Shown here: piece after piece, positions 53,965 through 63,866 of the stretch | Position numbering within the stretch: position 1 is the first letter of the stretch | Layout of the letters: each line of letters opens with the position of its first letter | Source of the DNA: an uncultured delta proteobacterium | GTDB lineage: Bacteria > Desulfobacterota > Desulfuromonadia > Desulfuromonadales > JACZKF01 | Assembly: GCA_963816395.1 (NCBI GenBank) | Contig: CAWFKQ010000015.1 | Span: 20,322-84,321, forward strand | Length of the DNA: 64,000 nucleotides | Reading direction: 5' to 3' | Made by a program: the position numbers and the translations under genes | Notes under the pieces: generated by a model | What the model saw: the letters and a program-made list of their open reading frames with translations, nothing else | What the model was told of the DNA's origin: nothing | Database searches by the model: none

Positions 53965-55005
53965 TTAAGCCTGACGCTTCTTCAGCAGCAGCAGGGCGAA
54001 CCAGCGGCGCTCGTCGGTGAAGGTTTCCTGGATGGTGAAGCCACAGGCGGCGAGCCAGGCCGGCAGCATTGCCAGGTCGAATTTGCGGCTGATCTCCACC
54101 TGGATTTCCTCGCCGGCGGCGATCTGGAAGGAGCTGCCCAGGGAGCGCAGCCGGACCGTCTGCGACTGGTTGAAGCGGGCGTGGATCTCGATCTGCCGGC
54201 GTTCCGGCTGCCAGCGGGCAAGGTGCTCGATGGCCGACAGGTCGAGGTCACAGCCGAGTTCGCGGTTCATGCGGGCGAACAGGTTGCGGGTGAAGGCGGC
54301 GGTGACGCCGGCGGCGTCGTTGTAGGCCGCCTCCAGCACCGCTGGCTCCTTCACCAGGTCCACCCCGAGGAGAAAACGATCCTCCGGGCCGAGGGCGGCG
54401 GCCAGCCGGCGCAGGAAATGGGTCGCCTCCCTCTCCTCGAAATTGCCAAGGGTACTGCCGAGGAAGATGACCAGCACCGGCGAGACCTCGGGCAGCAGGG
54501 GGAAGACCTCCTGGTAGGTGCCGTGGATGCCGATTATCCGGGCCTGCGGACGGCGTTCGGCAATCGTCCGGCTGGCCTGTTTCAGGGCGCTCTCGCTGAC
54601 ATCGACGGGTATGTAGCGGACGGCCGGATCGGCGTTCAGCCAGGCGGCCAGCAGGTGGTCGGTTTTCGCCGAGCTGCCGGAGCCGAATTCGAGCAGGGAA
54701 ACCGGCCCGGTCAATTTGCGCAGGCGCGGGGCACAGCGGGCAAGGATCGCGGCCTCGGTGCGGGTCGGATAGTACTCGGGCTGCTCGGTGATTCGTTCGT
54801 ACAGTGAGCTGCCGCGGGCGTCGTAAAGAAATCGGCACTCCAGGCTGCGGGGGCGCCGGGCCAGTCCTGCCGCGACCGAGCGGGCAAAATCGAGGGAAGA
54901 ATCAACGGCCTCGGCCGCATGCAGGACGAGATTGCGGTCGCCGGCCAATAACGCCTGAAAATCGTCGGCCAGCCGGCGGCCGCGGTACGGATCGGTATTC
55001 AGCAC
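53965..55005 (-). CDS. egtD: L-histidine N-alpha-trimethyltransferase
   Basis: FLYDARGS.LYERITEQPEYYPTRTE, EFGSGSSAKT, FLGSTLGNF, AYNDAAGVTAAF and EISRKF. Confidence 0.92.
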   Translation of the reverse strand: MLNTDPYRGRRLADDFQALLAGDRNLVLHAAEAVDSSLDFARSVAAGLARRPRSLECRFLYDARGSSLYERITEQPEYYPTRTEAAILARCAPRLRKLTGPVSLLEFGSGSSAKTDHLLAAWLNADPAVRYIPVDVSESALKQASRTIAERRPQARIIGIHGTYQEVFPLLPEVSPVLVIFLGSTLGNFEEREATHFLRRLAAALGPEDRFLLGVDLVKEPAVLEAAYNDAAGVTAAFTRNLFARMNRELGCDLDLSAIEHLARWQPERRQIEIHARFNQSQTVRLRSLGSSFQIAAGEEIQVEISRKFDLAMLPAWLAACGFTIQETFTDERRWFALLLLKKRQA

Positions 55006-55269
55006 GTCGGCTGCCTTTCTCTCCCAGGCTGATGAAAAACCAGCCTTTGCTAAGAACTCCGGCCGGGCAAGCGCCCATCTGCTGCCGGGTCCGGGCGGGA
55101 GCGGTCACTCCTCGCGACCTGAATTAAATAGGTGGATACTCGGCTGCTGCTGGTCAGTTTAGGAGGTCGGAGAGGCTTGTCAAGCCGGTCCGGAGGCGGT
55201 GTTCGAGGGTTGGGAATCCCTGTTATACTTTCAGTTCATCAACGGAACCAGCTGAAAGGTGCAGTTTCC

Positions 55270-56352
55270 ATGGAACCGACAGAACCGGAAGAAGGCCGCC
55301 CGGCCGACCGCCACCTGTGGCAGTTTCCCTTCGTGCGGGATCTGCTTTGGCTGGCTCTGGCGGCATTTCTGCTGTGGCTTGCCTTCCAGACGCGCCACGT
55401 TCTGATCCCCATTCTCATCGGCCTGCTCCTGGCCTACCTGGTGAACCCGCTGATCACCTGGGTCCGGCGGCGATGGGGGATCTCCCGGGCGGTCTCCATC
55501 CTGGCCATCTTCGCGCTGATCATCCTGGCCGGGACCGGCGCGGGCATCTGGCTGGCGCCCCTGGTGGCGGAGCAGACGGCGGCCCTGGCGGAGAAGACCC
55601 CCGGTTATTTTCAAAGCCTGAGCGGGCGCTACGGCGTTCAGCTCGGCGATGTCGCCGAACGGCTGAGCAAGCAGCTGCAGATTTCCGACCACGGTCCGGT
55701 CTCCGTCCTGCACCTGATCGGCAGCATTCTCGGCACCACCACCAACATCATTCTCTGGGTCATCCTGATCCCCCTCTATTTCGCCTTTTTCGCCTGGCAT
55801 TTCCAGGAGATGGTGGAAGAGGGGCGGCACTGGCTGCCGCCCGAGCGCCATCCCCGGGCGGCCGCGATCCTCGCCCGGATGGACGAGGCGGTCGGTACCT
55901 TCTTCCGCGCCCGGGTGCTGATCTCCTTCATCGTCGGCGTCGTCTTCGCCGTCGGCTGGTGGCTGACCGCCGTTCCCTACTGGTTCCTCCTCGGCGCCAT
56001 CACCGGTGCCTTCAGCATGGTCCCCTATCTCTCCATCGGCGGCTGGTTCCTGGCGCTGCTTTTCAAATATCTGGACATGACCATCGGCCCGAACGCCCCC
56101 GGTTTCGACTGGATGGCGGTTATTGTCTGGCCGAGCGTGGTCTTCGGCGTCGGCAACATCCTGGAAGGCTGGATTCTCACCCCCTGGATCCACGGCCGCA
56201 CCACCCATCTCAGCCCGGTGATGATCCTCACCATCGTCCTGCTCGGCGGCGCCATCGGCGGCTTCTGGGGCCTGCTGCTGGCCATCCCCGTCGCCATCTG
56301 CCTCAACATCCTCGGCAAGGAGTTTCTTCTCCCCCGCCTGCGTCGGCGGTAA
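55270..56352 (+). CDS. AI-2E family transporter
   Basis: LLAYLVNPL, SMVPY, LEGWILTP and GGFWGLLLAIP. Confidence 0.88.
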   Translation: MEPTEPEEGRPADRHLWQFPFVRDLLWLALAAFLLWLAFQTRHVLIPILIGLLLAYLVNPLITWVRRRWGISRAVSILAIFALIILAGTGAGIWLAPLVAEQTAALAEKTPGYFQSLSGRYGVQLGDVAERLSKQLQISDHGPVSVLHLIGSILGTTTNIILWVILIPLYFAFFAWHFQEMVEEGRHWLPPERHPRAAAILARMDEAVGTFFRARVLISFIVGVVFAVGWWLTAVPYWFLLGAITGAFSMVPYLSIGGWFLALLFKYLDMTIGPNAPGFDWMAVIVWPSVVFGVGNILEGWILTPWIHGRTTHLSPVMILTIVLLGGAIGGFWGLLLAIPVAICLNILGKEFLLPRLRRR

Positions 56353-56358
56353 CCCCCC

Positions 56359-57312
56359 TCATTCCCTCACTTTTTCCGCCGCCAGCGGCGGCGGCGCTGA
56401 CGGCGGGTCAGCTCGTCTTCGCCGGTGCGCTCGGCATGCGGTTCCGGGTCGATCCTGGCCTTGCGCCGGCGGGCCCGGGCGGCGGTGAATTCGGCGCCGA
56501 AGAGGCAGGATCTGGGCCGAGTAGTAGACCCAGGCCAGGAAGATGACCAGGGAGCCGGCTGCCCCGTAGGCGGAGGCGAAGGTTCCGCGGCCCAGGTAGA
56601 AGCCGAGGAGGAACTTGCCCAGGGAGAAGAGCAGGGCGGTTATCGCCGCCCCGGACCAGACGTCGCGCCAGGCGATCCGGGCATCCGGCAGGATTTTCAG
56701 CACCAGGGCGAAGAGGGCGGTAATGACCAGGATGGAAAAGATGAAATTCAGCCCCTGCCAGACCAGTATCGCCCCCTCGAAACGGCCGAAAAGGTAGGCG
56801 CCGGCCGCCGCCAGGGCGGCGCTCAGCAGAAGGGAGACGAGGAGCAGGAAGCCGACCGCCGCGACCATGGAAAAGGTGAGCAGGCGCTTGCGCAGAAAAT
56901 CGACGATCCCTATCCCGGGGCGGGGCTGCACCCGCCAGATCTGGTTCAGGGAATCCTGCAGCTGGGCGAAGGCATTGGAAGCACCGAAGAGCAGCACCAG
57001 GATGCTGAAGGCGGTGGCGGCGACGCCGGTGCCGCCGGGTTGGCGGGCGTGGCGCAGGGCGTTTTCGATCACCTGGGTGCCGGCCGTGCCCACCAGGTTC
57101 TGAAACTGCTGGATGATCTGCGCGCGCGCCGCCTCCTCGCTGTAGGCCAGGCTGGCGATGGCGATGGCGAAAACCAGCAAGGGGGCCAGGGAAAAGAGGG
57201 TGTAGTAGGCCACAGCCGCAGCCATGCGGGAGACGTTGTCGTTAAACCAGCCGAAGAAGGCATCCCGCAGCAGGCGGACAAAGGTGGTGATCGGCGTGGG
57301 TAGCGAGAACAT
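56359..57312 (-). CDS. YihY/virulence factor BrkB family membrane protein (frameshift near 56505)
   Basis: MAAAVAYYTLFSLAPLL, LQDSLNQIW and YGAAGSLVIFLAWVYYSAQI. Confidence 0.9.
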   Translation of the reverse strand: MFSLPTPITTFVRLLRDAFFGWFNDNVSRMAAAVAYYTLFSLAPLLVFAIAIASLAYSEEAARAQIIQQFQNLVGTAGTQVIENALRHARQPGGTGVAATAFSILVLLFGASNAFAQLQDSLNQIWRVQPRPGIGIVDFLRKRLLTFSMVAAVGFLLLVSLLLSAALAAAGAYLFGRFEGAILVWQGLNFIFSILVITALFALVLKILPDARIAWRDVWSGAAITALLFSLGKFLLGFYLGRGTFASAYGAAGSLVIFLAWVYYSAQILPLRRRIHRRPGPPAQGQDRPGTACRAHRRRRADPPSAPPPLAAEKVRE

Positions 57313-57346
57313 TTCTACCGGGGTCGCTCTGGGGCAGGCCAGCCTG

Positions 57347-57487
57347 GTTTCTGTCCGGAAACGGCCCTTTTCCGCAATGTCTGCGTCAATCCGCGGCATT
57401 GCTTGTGCGGCGTACTGATGTACGCCTCCGCGCAATGCCTTGATTTCCTTGACCTTGCGAAAAATTGCTCGTTTCCGAATCAGAAAC
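57347..57487 (+). mobile_element. MITE-like element, family B
   Basis: Imperfect terminal inverted repeats GTTTCTGTCCGGAAAC / GTTTCCGAATCAGAAAC; central GGCGTAC-TGAT-GTACGCC hairpin. Confidence 0.65.
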
Positions 57488-57523
57488 GCGCCAGAGGTCA
57501 TCCGGACTTTCTCCGGATCGTCC

Positions 57524-58665
57524 CTAATTAGTCCGGGCGGTTGCCGGGGCCGGTGTCCGGAAGCGTCGAAAGTCCTCCCGGTACAGCCGGAAATCCGATT
57601 CCCGAGCGGCTTGCCGGGCGGCTTCGATCGGCGGGAAAGGACCGTACTTGTGCTGGTTGGCGGAAAACCGGTCGGCATAGGGTGGATAAGGGCAGTCGGC
57701 CGGTTTCTCGCTCAGCGCCGGATAATCCCGTTCCGGGTTCGGCGCCGGCGGGCGGTCGAAGGAGTTGATGTAAGCCGCCACATCATAGGCTTCGGCCGCG
57801 CTGAGCGGCGATTGCCCGGGCGCGGTTTCGGCCGGCATATTGCCGTGGATGAAGGCGGCAGCGGTGAGCAGCCGGTGCATTTCCGCCCCGGTGGTATAGC
57901 TCTGTGCCCCCCACAGCGGGGGGGCGGCCGCTGCCGGGCGCGGGCCGGGGCGACCGGCACCGTCGGCGCCGTGACAGCTGGCGCAGCGCAGGCTGATAGA
58001 TCGCTTCCCCGGCGATCATGTCGGCCGGGCGGTCGGGAGGAGCAATCGGCGCCAGGCCGCCGCCGGGTGCGGCCGGATAGCTGCCGAGAAATTCCAGATA
58101 GGCGATGACGGCCCGCATTTCCCGGCTGCCGCTGGGCAGGGGAGGGCGGTTGAGGTTGCGCTGCAGGCAGGCGTTTACCTGGTCCGGCAGGGTGAGAACT
58201 CGTCCTTCCCGCTCCCGGTAACGGGGATAGGACCGGGCAATCCCCTGCCAGCCGAGAGCCCCGTCCCGCGTGCCGTGCTGCAGGTGGCAGTTGCGGCAGG
58301 AGAGCCGATTGCCGGTGATCGCTCCGGCTGGCGACAGGGCACCCGGGGTATCGTCGACGAACTGCCTGCCGTAGCGGGCCAGTTCGCCGTCCTTGCCGCG
58401 CGGCAGGTCCTCGACGGTCATCCGCTGCACCGCCACCGGGGCGGCAGCCGGAGCCACTTCCGGCACGGCAGGCGTTAACGGCGGCGCTCTTCGCTCCTGT
58501 CGGCGGCTTCGCCGGCTCGGTAGCTGGAGCGGCTGCTTCGGCCGGGGGCACGGCAGGAAGATTCTCCTGCTGAGTCGGTTTTTCCGCCCGCCAGTCATGC
58601 GACCTCGGCATTTCCCGGCGGGGAGGCTGACAGCCCGCTGCCCCGGTCAGGGCGATGAGCAGCAC
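57524..58665 (-). CDS. Diheme c-type cytochrome, thiosulfate dehydrogenase TsdA-like lipoprotein (several frameshifts; start approximate)
   Basis: GNRLSCRNCH, YPRYR, QVNACLQRNLN, CASCHGADG, PPLWG, AAFIHGNMP and AYDVAAYINS. Confidence 0.78.
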
Positions 58666-58727
58666 GGCCGCCGCGGTTAACCCGTGACGGCCGTGCCCTT
58701 GCGCCGCTGCCGCTCAACCGCGGCACC

Positions 58728-59239
58728 TTACTGCAGCCGGCGCAGGGTGGCATTGATAAAGGCAGGAATATCCTGCGGCCCGCGGCTGCTGACCAGATTG
58801 CCGTCCTCGACCACCTCCTGGTCCTGGTATTCCGCCCCGGCATTTTTAATATCCTGCACGATCGATTTCCAGCCGGTGATTTTCCTCCCGCGGATCGCCT
58901 GGGCGGTGATCAACAGCTGGGCGGCATGGCAGATGGCGAAAATGGGTTTGCCGCTCTCCACGAAATGGCGGGCGAAGCGCACCGCATTTTCATCCACCCG
59001 CAGCTTGTCCGGCGAATAGCCGCCGGGAATGAGCAGGGCATCGAAATCTTCCACCCGCGCGTCGCGGACCGCCCGGTCGATCTTGACCGGCGTTCCCTCC
59101 TTTTTCCCCTTTACCGTTTTCCCCGCCTCCAGACCGAGATGGATCAGCTGGTTTCCCTTCTCCTCGGTAGGCCTGCGCCGGTTTGGTATATTCCACATCT
59201 TCGAAATCATCGGTGATGAGAACTGCTATTCTTGGCCAT
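58728..59239 (-). CDS. pfpI: DJ-1/PfpI family type 1 glutamine amidotransferase-like protein (frameshifts in N-terminus)
   Basis: FEDVEYTKP, DALLIPGGYSPDKLR, AICHA and LVSSRGPQDIPAF. Confidence 0.9.
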
Positions 59240-59573
59240 TTCCGCTTCTCCTTTTCCCCATGGGTTTCGAAAACAAACCCGGAAATTGCACCGGGTTTTC
59301 TTGAAAATCCCTGAGAGTTCCTTAACCTAGTCTAAGACCGAAGCGGCCGATGTCAAGCCGCCTGGTGCCTGCACACTGCTGTTGACGCCGGAGATCGCCT
59401 CTGACAAAGGCGTGAGGGATAACACGGAATTTATCGGTGCCGGATTACTTCGACGCCTGCGTTTTGTCCGCCAGCCATCTGCACGTTGAGCCTGCTCCCG
59501 GGGAGTGATAAAATTAATGTGAACCTTGTCAGTCCGGGAAATTTTCGCAAACGGTTGCCGGGGAGAAGCCGTT

Positions 59574-59924
59574 ATGAACGAGAGAGATGAGGAGCAGTTT
59601 GCTTTCAATGTCCATGCGGAGCTGTACGAGAACGAGTTCGGCGATCTCGCCGTCCGCTTCGAGGGAGAGAAGGTTTACCGCGGCATGAGCGGCGAGAACG
59701 GACGTTTCCAGGAGGAGGCGCAGCAGGTCATCCGCCGTGGAGAGCTGCCGGCGGGCTGGCAGGAGATCCCGGCGCACCAGCTTCTCTACGGTCGCGACTG
59801 GCATTGCATCAGCCGCCTGGGTTTTATCGACGGCGACCTTGACCGGCCGGCCGTCGAGTTCGAGGTGGAGCCGGAACAGATGGGAACCGCCGCGCGCGCC
59901 TACCTCTCCGACTTGCTGCATTAA
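59574..59924 (+). CDS. Hypothetical acidic protein
   Basis: RBS GGAG plus ATG; host-like codon usage. Confidence 0.7.
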   Translation: MNERDEEQFAFNVHAELYENEFGDLAVRFEGEKVYRGMSGENGRFQEEAQQVIRRGELPAGWQEIPAHQLLYGRDWHCISRLGFIDGDLDRPAVEFEVEPEQMGTAARAYLSDLLH

Positions 59925-60122
59925 CCGGGCGGCAGGGACACGAAGACAGGAAGTAGTAAGCTGGGGAGGTAGCCAGCCCTCTTGTCGAAAGTCGCCCTGC
60001 CGTATTCCGCGATGCCACCCTGGCGTTGCGGCTCGTTAACATTCCCTTCCCGCACGTACCGGAAAATGTTAGACTCTGCCGCTGTCCTCGTTCTTCAGCG
60101 CTAGCCTACGACAGGAACTGCC

Positions 60123-61508
60123 ATGCTCCACCAGCTGACCCTTCCCGAACTCAAGGAGTTGATCGAAAGCCGGGATTTCCGCGGCCTGCGCGATCGCCTG
60201 ATCGACTGGACGCCGCCGGAGATCGCCGATTTCATCGAAACTCTGCCCTTCCGGGACGATGCGCTGGTCTTCCGCATTCTTCCCCGCGATCTGGCCGCCC
60301 AGGTCTTCGAATTTCTCGATTCGGAGAAGCAGCTGCACCTGATCGAGGTGCTGGCCAAAGAGCAGAGCCGGCTGGTGCGCCTGCTCAATGAGATGTCCCC
60401 GGACGACCGCACCGCGCTGCTGGAGGAGCTGCCCGGGCCGGTAGCGCAGAAGCTGCTGGCGCTGATGTCGCCGAAAGAAGGACAGATCGCCGCCGCCCTT
60501 CTCGGCTATCCGGAGGAAAGCATCGGGCGTTTGATGACCCCCGAATACGTGGCCATTCGCCCGGAGTGGAATGTCCAGCAAGCCCTCGACCATCTGCGCC
60601 GCTTCGGTCGGGACAGCGAAACCCTCAATGTCATTTATGTGGTGGACGAGCGCTGGCGGCTGCTCGACGATCTGCGTATCCGCGAAATTATCCTGGCCGA
60701 CCCGCAGGCGCACATTGCCGACCTGATGGACAGCCGCTTTGTCGCCCTCAAGGCCACCGACGACCAGGAGACAGCAATCCAGGTCTTCCGCAACTACGGG
60801 CGTATCGCCCTGCCGGTCACCGACAGCCGGGGCATCCTGCTCGGCATCGTCACCGTCGACGACGTGCTGGAGGTGGCGCAGGAGGAGGCGACCGAGGACA
60901 TCCACAAGATCGGCGGTTCCGAGGCGCTGGACGAGCCCTATATCCGCACCCCTTTCGGCAAGCTGGTGCAGAAGCGTGCCCGCTGGCTGGTGGTCCTGTT
61001 CGTCGGGGAGATGCTGACGGCGACGGCGATGGGTTACTTCCAGGCGGAGATCGCCCGGGCGGTAGTGCTGGCCCTGTTCGTCCCGCTGATCATCTCCAGC
61101 GGCGGCAACAGCGGTTCGCAGGCCGCGACCCTGATCATTCGCGCTCTGGCGGTGGGCGAGCTGGGCCTGGCGGACTGGTGGCGGGTGATGCGCCGCGAGA
61201 TCCTCTCCGGCTTAGCTCTCGGCAGCATCCTCGGAATTATCGGGTTTTTTCGGGTGATCCTCTGGCAGCAGATGTTCGGCATCTACGGTCAGCACTGGCT
61301 GCTGATCGCCTTCACCGTCGGCTTGTCGCTGGTGGGAGTGGTGCTGTGGGGGACTCTTTCCGGTTCCATGCTGCCGTTCCTGATGAAACGCCTGGGCGCC
61401 GACCCGGCCGCCTCTTCGGCGCCTTTTGTGGCGACCCTGGTCGACGTGACCGGGCTGGTGATCTATTTCTCCGTTGCCACCCTCCTGCTGACGGGCTCCG
61501 TGCTCTGA
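60123..61508 (+). CDS. mgtE: Magnesium transporter MgtE
   Basis: MSPDDR, GRLMTPEY, GIVTVDDV, SSGGNSGSQA and PFVATLVDVTG. Confidence 0.96.
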   Translation: MLHQLTLPELKELIESRDFRGLRDRLIDWTPPEIADFIETLPFRDDALVFRILPRDLAAQVFEFLDSEKQLHLIEVLAKEQSRLVRLLNEMSPDDRTALLEELPGPVAQKLLALMSPKEGQIAAALLGYPEESIGRLMTPEYVAIRPEWNVQQALDHLRRFGRDSETLNVIYVVDERWRLLDDLRIREIILADPQAHIADLMDSRFVALKATDDQETAIQVFRNYGRIALPVTDSRGILLGIVTVDDVLEVAQEEATEDIHKIGGSEALDEPYIRTPFGKLVQKRARWLVVLFVGEMLTATAMGYFQAEIARAVVLALFVPLIISSGGNSGSQAATLIIRALAVGELGLADWWRVMRREILSGLALGSILGIIGFFRVILWQQMFGIYGQHWLLIAFTVGLSLVGVVLWGTLSGSMLPFLMKRLGADPAASSAPFVATLVDVTGLVIYFSVATLLLTGSVL

Positions 61509-61607
61509 AGTTCCGAATCCCTCAGGTCGAAAAATACCTGGTTCTTCGCTGAACCGGAGGCCCATTCGCAAACCGCGGGCGCGGCACCGCGTTGCGACGT
61601 TCTGGAT

Positions 61608-62117
61608 TTACCCCTTCTCGAGAATCTCCATGATCCTCTCCGCGACCTGCCCCGGCGTCAGGTCGTCGGTATCGATTGCGTAGTCAGCGGCGCTCCGGTA
61701 CCTGGGGGTTCGCCGCTCCAGGACCTCCGCCACTTCTTCCGTAAAGGTCTTTCCGGCGGTCAGGGCCGGTCGTTCGGTTCCTGCCTGAATACGCGAGACA
61801 ATGGTATCCACGGAAGCTCGCAGCCAGAAGATGCGCGCGTTCTGCCGCAGCGCTTCGATATTCTCCGGCCGTTCGATGATCCCGCCGCCGGTATCGACGA
61901 TCAGGTCGTCGAGCCCGGCCAATCTTCGCGCCTCTTCGGTTTCCAGATCGCGAAACTTCGGCCAGCCGTGTTTCGCCACGATCTCCGGAATCGGCATGCC
62001 GGCTCGGCCGACGATTTCCGCGTCCATGCTGATGAGCCGCATTCCCAGGCGGCTGGCGAGCAGCTGCCCCACCTCGCTCTTGCCGGTGCCCCGATAGCCG
62101 ATAAGCACGATATTCAT
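61608..62117 (-). CDS. aroK: Shikimate kinase
   Basis: LIGYRGTGKS, FRDLE, TGGG and RPAL. Confidence 0.93.
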   Translation of the reverse strand: MNIVLIGYRGTGKSEVGQLLASRLGMRLISMDAEIVGRAGMPIPEIVAKHGWPKFRDLETEEARRLAGLDDLIVDTGGGIIERPENIEALRQNARIFWLRASVDTIVSRIQAGTERPALTAGKTFTEEVAEVLERRTPRYRSAADYAIDTDDLTPGQVAERIMEILEKG

Positions 62118-62986
62118 GATTTTCGCAGGTGCTCCATGACGACCCGCCGCATCACCTCCACCGGGGCGGCGACGCCGGTAAATAGTTCAAACTGCAGGAC
62201 GGCCTGATGGATGAACATTTCGACGCCGGAAATCACCTGCAGCCCGCGCGACCTGGCCGCGGCCAGCAGCTTCGTTTCCAGGGGGGTGTAGACGATATCG
62301 AAGACCACCTGTCCGGGGCGAAAGAGTTCGGCCGGCACCAGGGAGGCATCTTCCCTGGGATGCATGCCGATGGGCGTGCAGTGGACGATGATGTCCGCCT
62401 TCTGCATCGCGGCGGCAAGAGCATGATCGGTCAGCGCTGCGGAAGTGATGGAGGCGTCCGTACCGGCCTGCAGATCGGCGGTCAATCCCTGCAGCATCCT
62501 CTCGTCGATATCCAGGATGACCAGCTCCCCCAGCCCGGTTTTCCTGGCCAGGGTAAAGGCAATGGCTCTCGCCGCGCCGCCCGCTCCCAGCATCAGGACG
62601 GTCTTGCCCTCGAACCCCACGCCGGCATCGGTCAAGGCCTTCAGGGCTCCCGGCCCATCCGTCCCGGAGCCGATCAGGCGGCCCTGCTCCTTGATGATCG
62701 TGTTGATGGAGCCGATGGAGCGATCCGCCTCGGCGACTTCATCCACATACTGCATGGCGGCGATTTTATGCGGAATGGTGACGCTCATGCCGCGGAAATT
62801 ATGCAGTGCCCGCATGCCGGCCAGCGCTCCCTGGACATCCTCGACCTGGCAGGGAAGGTAAATAAAATCCAGATCCAGCGCCTCGAAGGCGGCGTTGTGG
62901 ATTGCCGGCGACAGGCTGTGCGCTACCGGGTTGCCGATGACGGCACAGATCCGGGTATTGAAGCTGATTGGCCGTGAACTTCGCAT
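62114..62986 (-). CDS. aroE: Shikimate dehydrogenase
   Basis: HSLSPAIHN, SVTIPHK, GAGGAARA, DIVYTPLET and MFIHQA. Confidence 0.95.
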   Translation of the reverse strand: MRSSRPISFNTRICAVIGNPVAHSLSPAIHNAAFEALDLDFIYLPCQVEDVQGALAGMRALHNFRGMSVTIPHKIAAMQYVDEVAEADRSIGSINTIIKEQGRLIGSGTDGPGALKALTDAGVGFEGKTVLMLGAGGAARAIAFTLARKTGLGELVILDIDERMLQGLTADLQAGTDASITSAALTDHALAAAMQKADIIVHCTPIGMHPREDASLVPAELFRPGQVVFDIVYTPLETKLLAAARSRGLQVISGVEMFIHQAVLQFELFTGVAAPVEVMRRVVMEHLRKS

Positions 62987-63038
62987 GGGGTCTCCTGCGG
63001 GGATTCGGAAGGATATTTATCCTTAAAAGGCAATTAGC

Positions 63039-63173
63039 CACGGATAAGATCTGATAAAATCGGATAAATCCTGATTAATCAAGATATATGCCTTCTTCAG
63101 GGCTTAACCTTTTGGGTTGTTGATTCTATTCTTCAAGTCCTTGAAAATCCGAATTGATCAGATTTGATCCGTG
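63039..63173. repeat. Paired inverted ~10-nt periodic arms (CACGGAT...ATCCGTG)
   Basis: CACGGATAAGATCTGATAAAATCGGATAAATCCTGAT and ATCCGAATTGATCAGATTTGATCCGTG. Confidence 0.65.
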
Positions 63174-63276
63174 TGCAAACGCTTTTTCTAGGTTTATTTA
63201 CCGGTCGGGTCGCCGAGCCGGGTTCCGGGATAATAGCGCAAAATGCCGGCAGCGGGAAGAAGTGGCTCGCGGCGCT

Positions 63277-63780
63277 TCATCGGCCTTCGGTGTTTTTCCC
63301 CCAGGCGACCGAATCGAGCAGACGCTGCAGCCGGCCTTCCTCCTCCCCGGAAAGGGCGGCGCGCGGAATGAAGAAGAAGTTTTTGCCGAGGTAGAGCATG
63401 AAGCCGGGCGCCACCTTGCGGTAGCCGGTGAATTCGCACCAGCTCAGCCGGTAGGCGGCGTCCTCGCTGCGCACGGCGACCCCTTCCCGGTCGATCCGGA
63501 CGGAGATTTCCTTCCCGAAATAGGGGTGTTTCCTGGCGGCGGCGACGGATTTCATGACGAATATCTGCCGGGAGAGCACGGCGTAGAAGCCGGTCAGCAG
63601 CAACAGGACGGCAATGAGCCTGTTGAACAGCCCGGCAAGTCCGAAGGCGCCGATGATGATGCAGGCGGCGCCCCAGGCGTAGCGGATCTTGAGGGAATGG
63701 TCGCCGGCGTAATGGGCGTCGTAGAAGCGGCGCCAGAGATCTTCGGTCAACCGGAATGTAAGGATAAGGGGTGTTTCCAC
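63277..63780 (-). CDS. YcxB-like membrane protein
   Basis: Two TM helices, then IDREGV..YRLSW..FMLY..FFFIPRAAL; GTG start after AGGA. Confidence 0.75.
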   Translation of the reverse strand: METPLILTFRLTEDLWRRFYDAHYAGDHSLKIRYAWGAACIIIGAFGLAGLFNRLIAVLLLLTGFYAVLSRQIFVMKSVAAARKHPYFGKEISVRIDREGVAVRSEDAAYRLSWCEFTGYRKVAPGFMLYLGKNFFFIPRAALSGEEEGRLQRLLDSVAWGKNTEGR

Positions 63781-63866
63781 GGACTGTCCTTGGTTTTTTG
63801 CTGCCGAATATAGCAGGGGATTTCGTGGATTGGCAAACAAAGATCGCGGCGTGGTCTTGGCCTGCC

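Noticed and set aside
2095..59239. Widespread frameshifts as programmed frameshifting or mass pseudogenisation
   Set aside because: They affect unrelated genes at non-slippery sites while catalytic motifs remain intact; long-read indel error is the simpler explanation.
59925..60122. M-box riboswitch upstream of mgtE
   Set aside because: No conserved M-box features or terminator could be recognised by eye.
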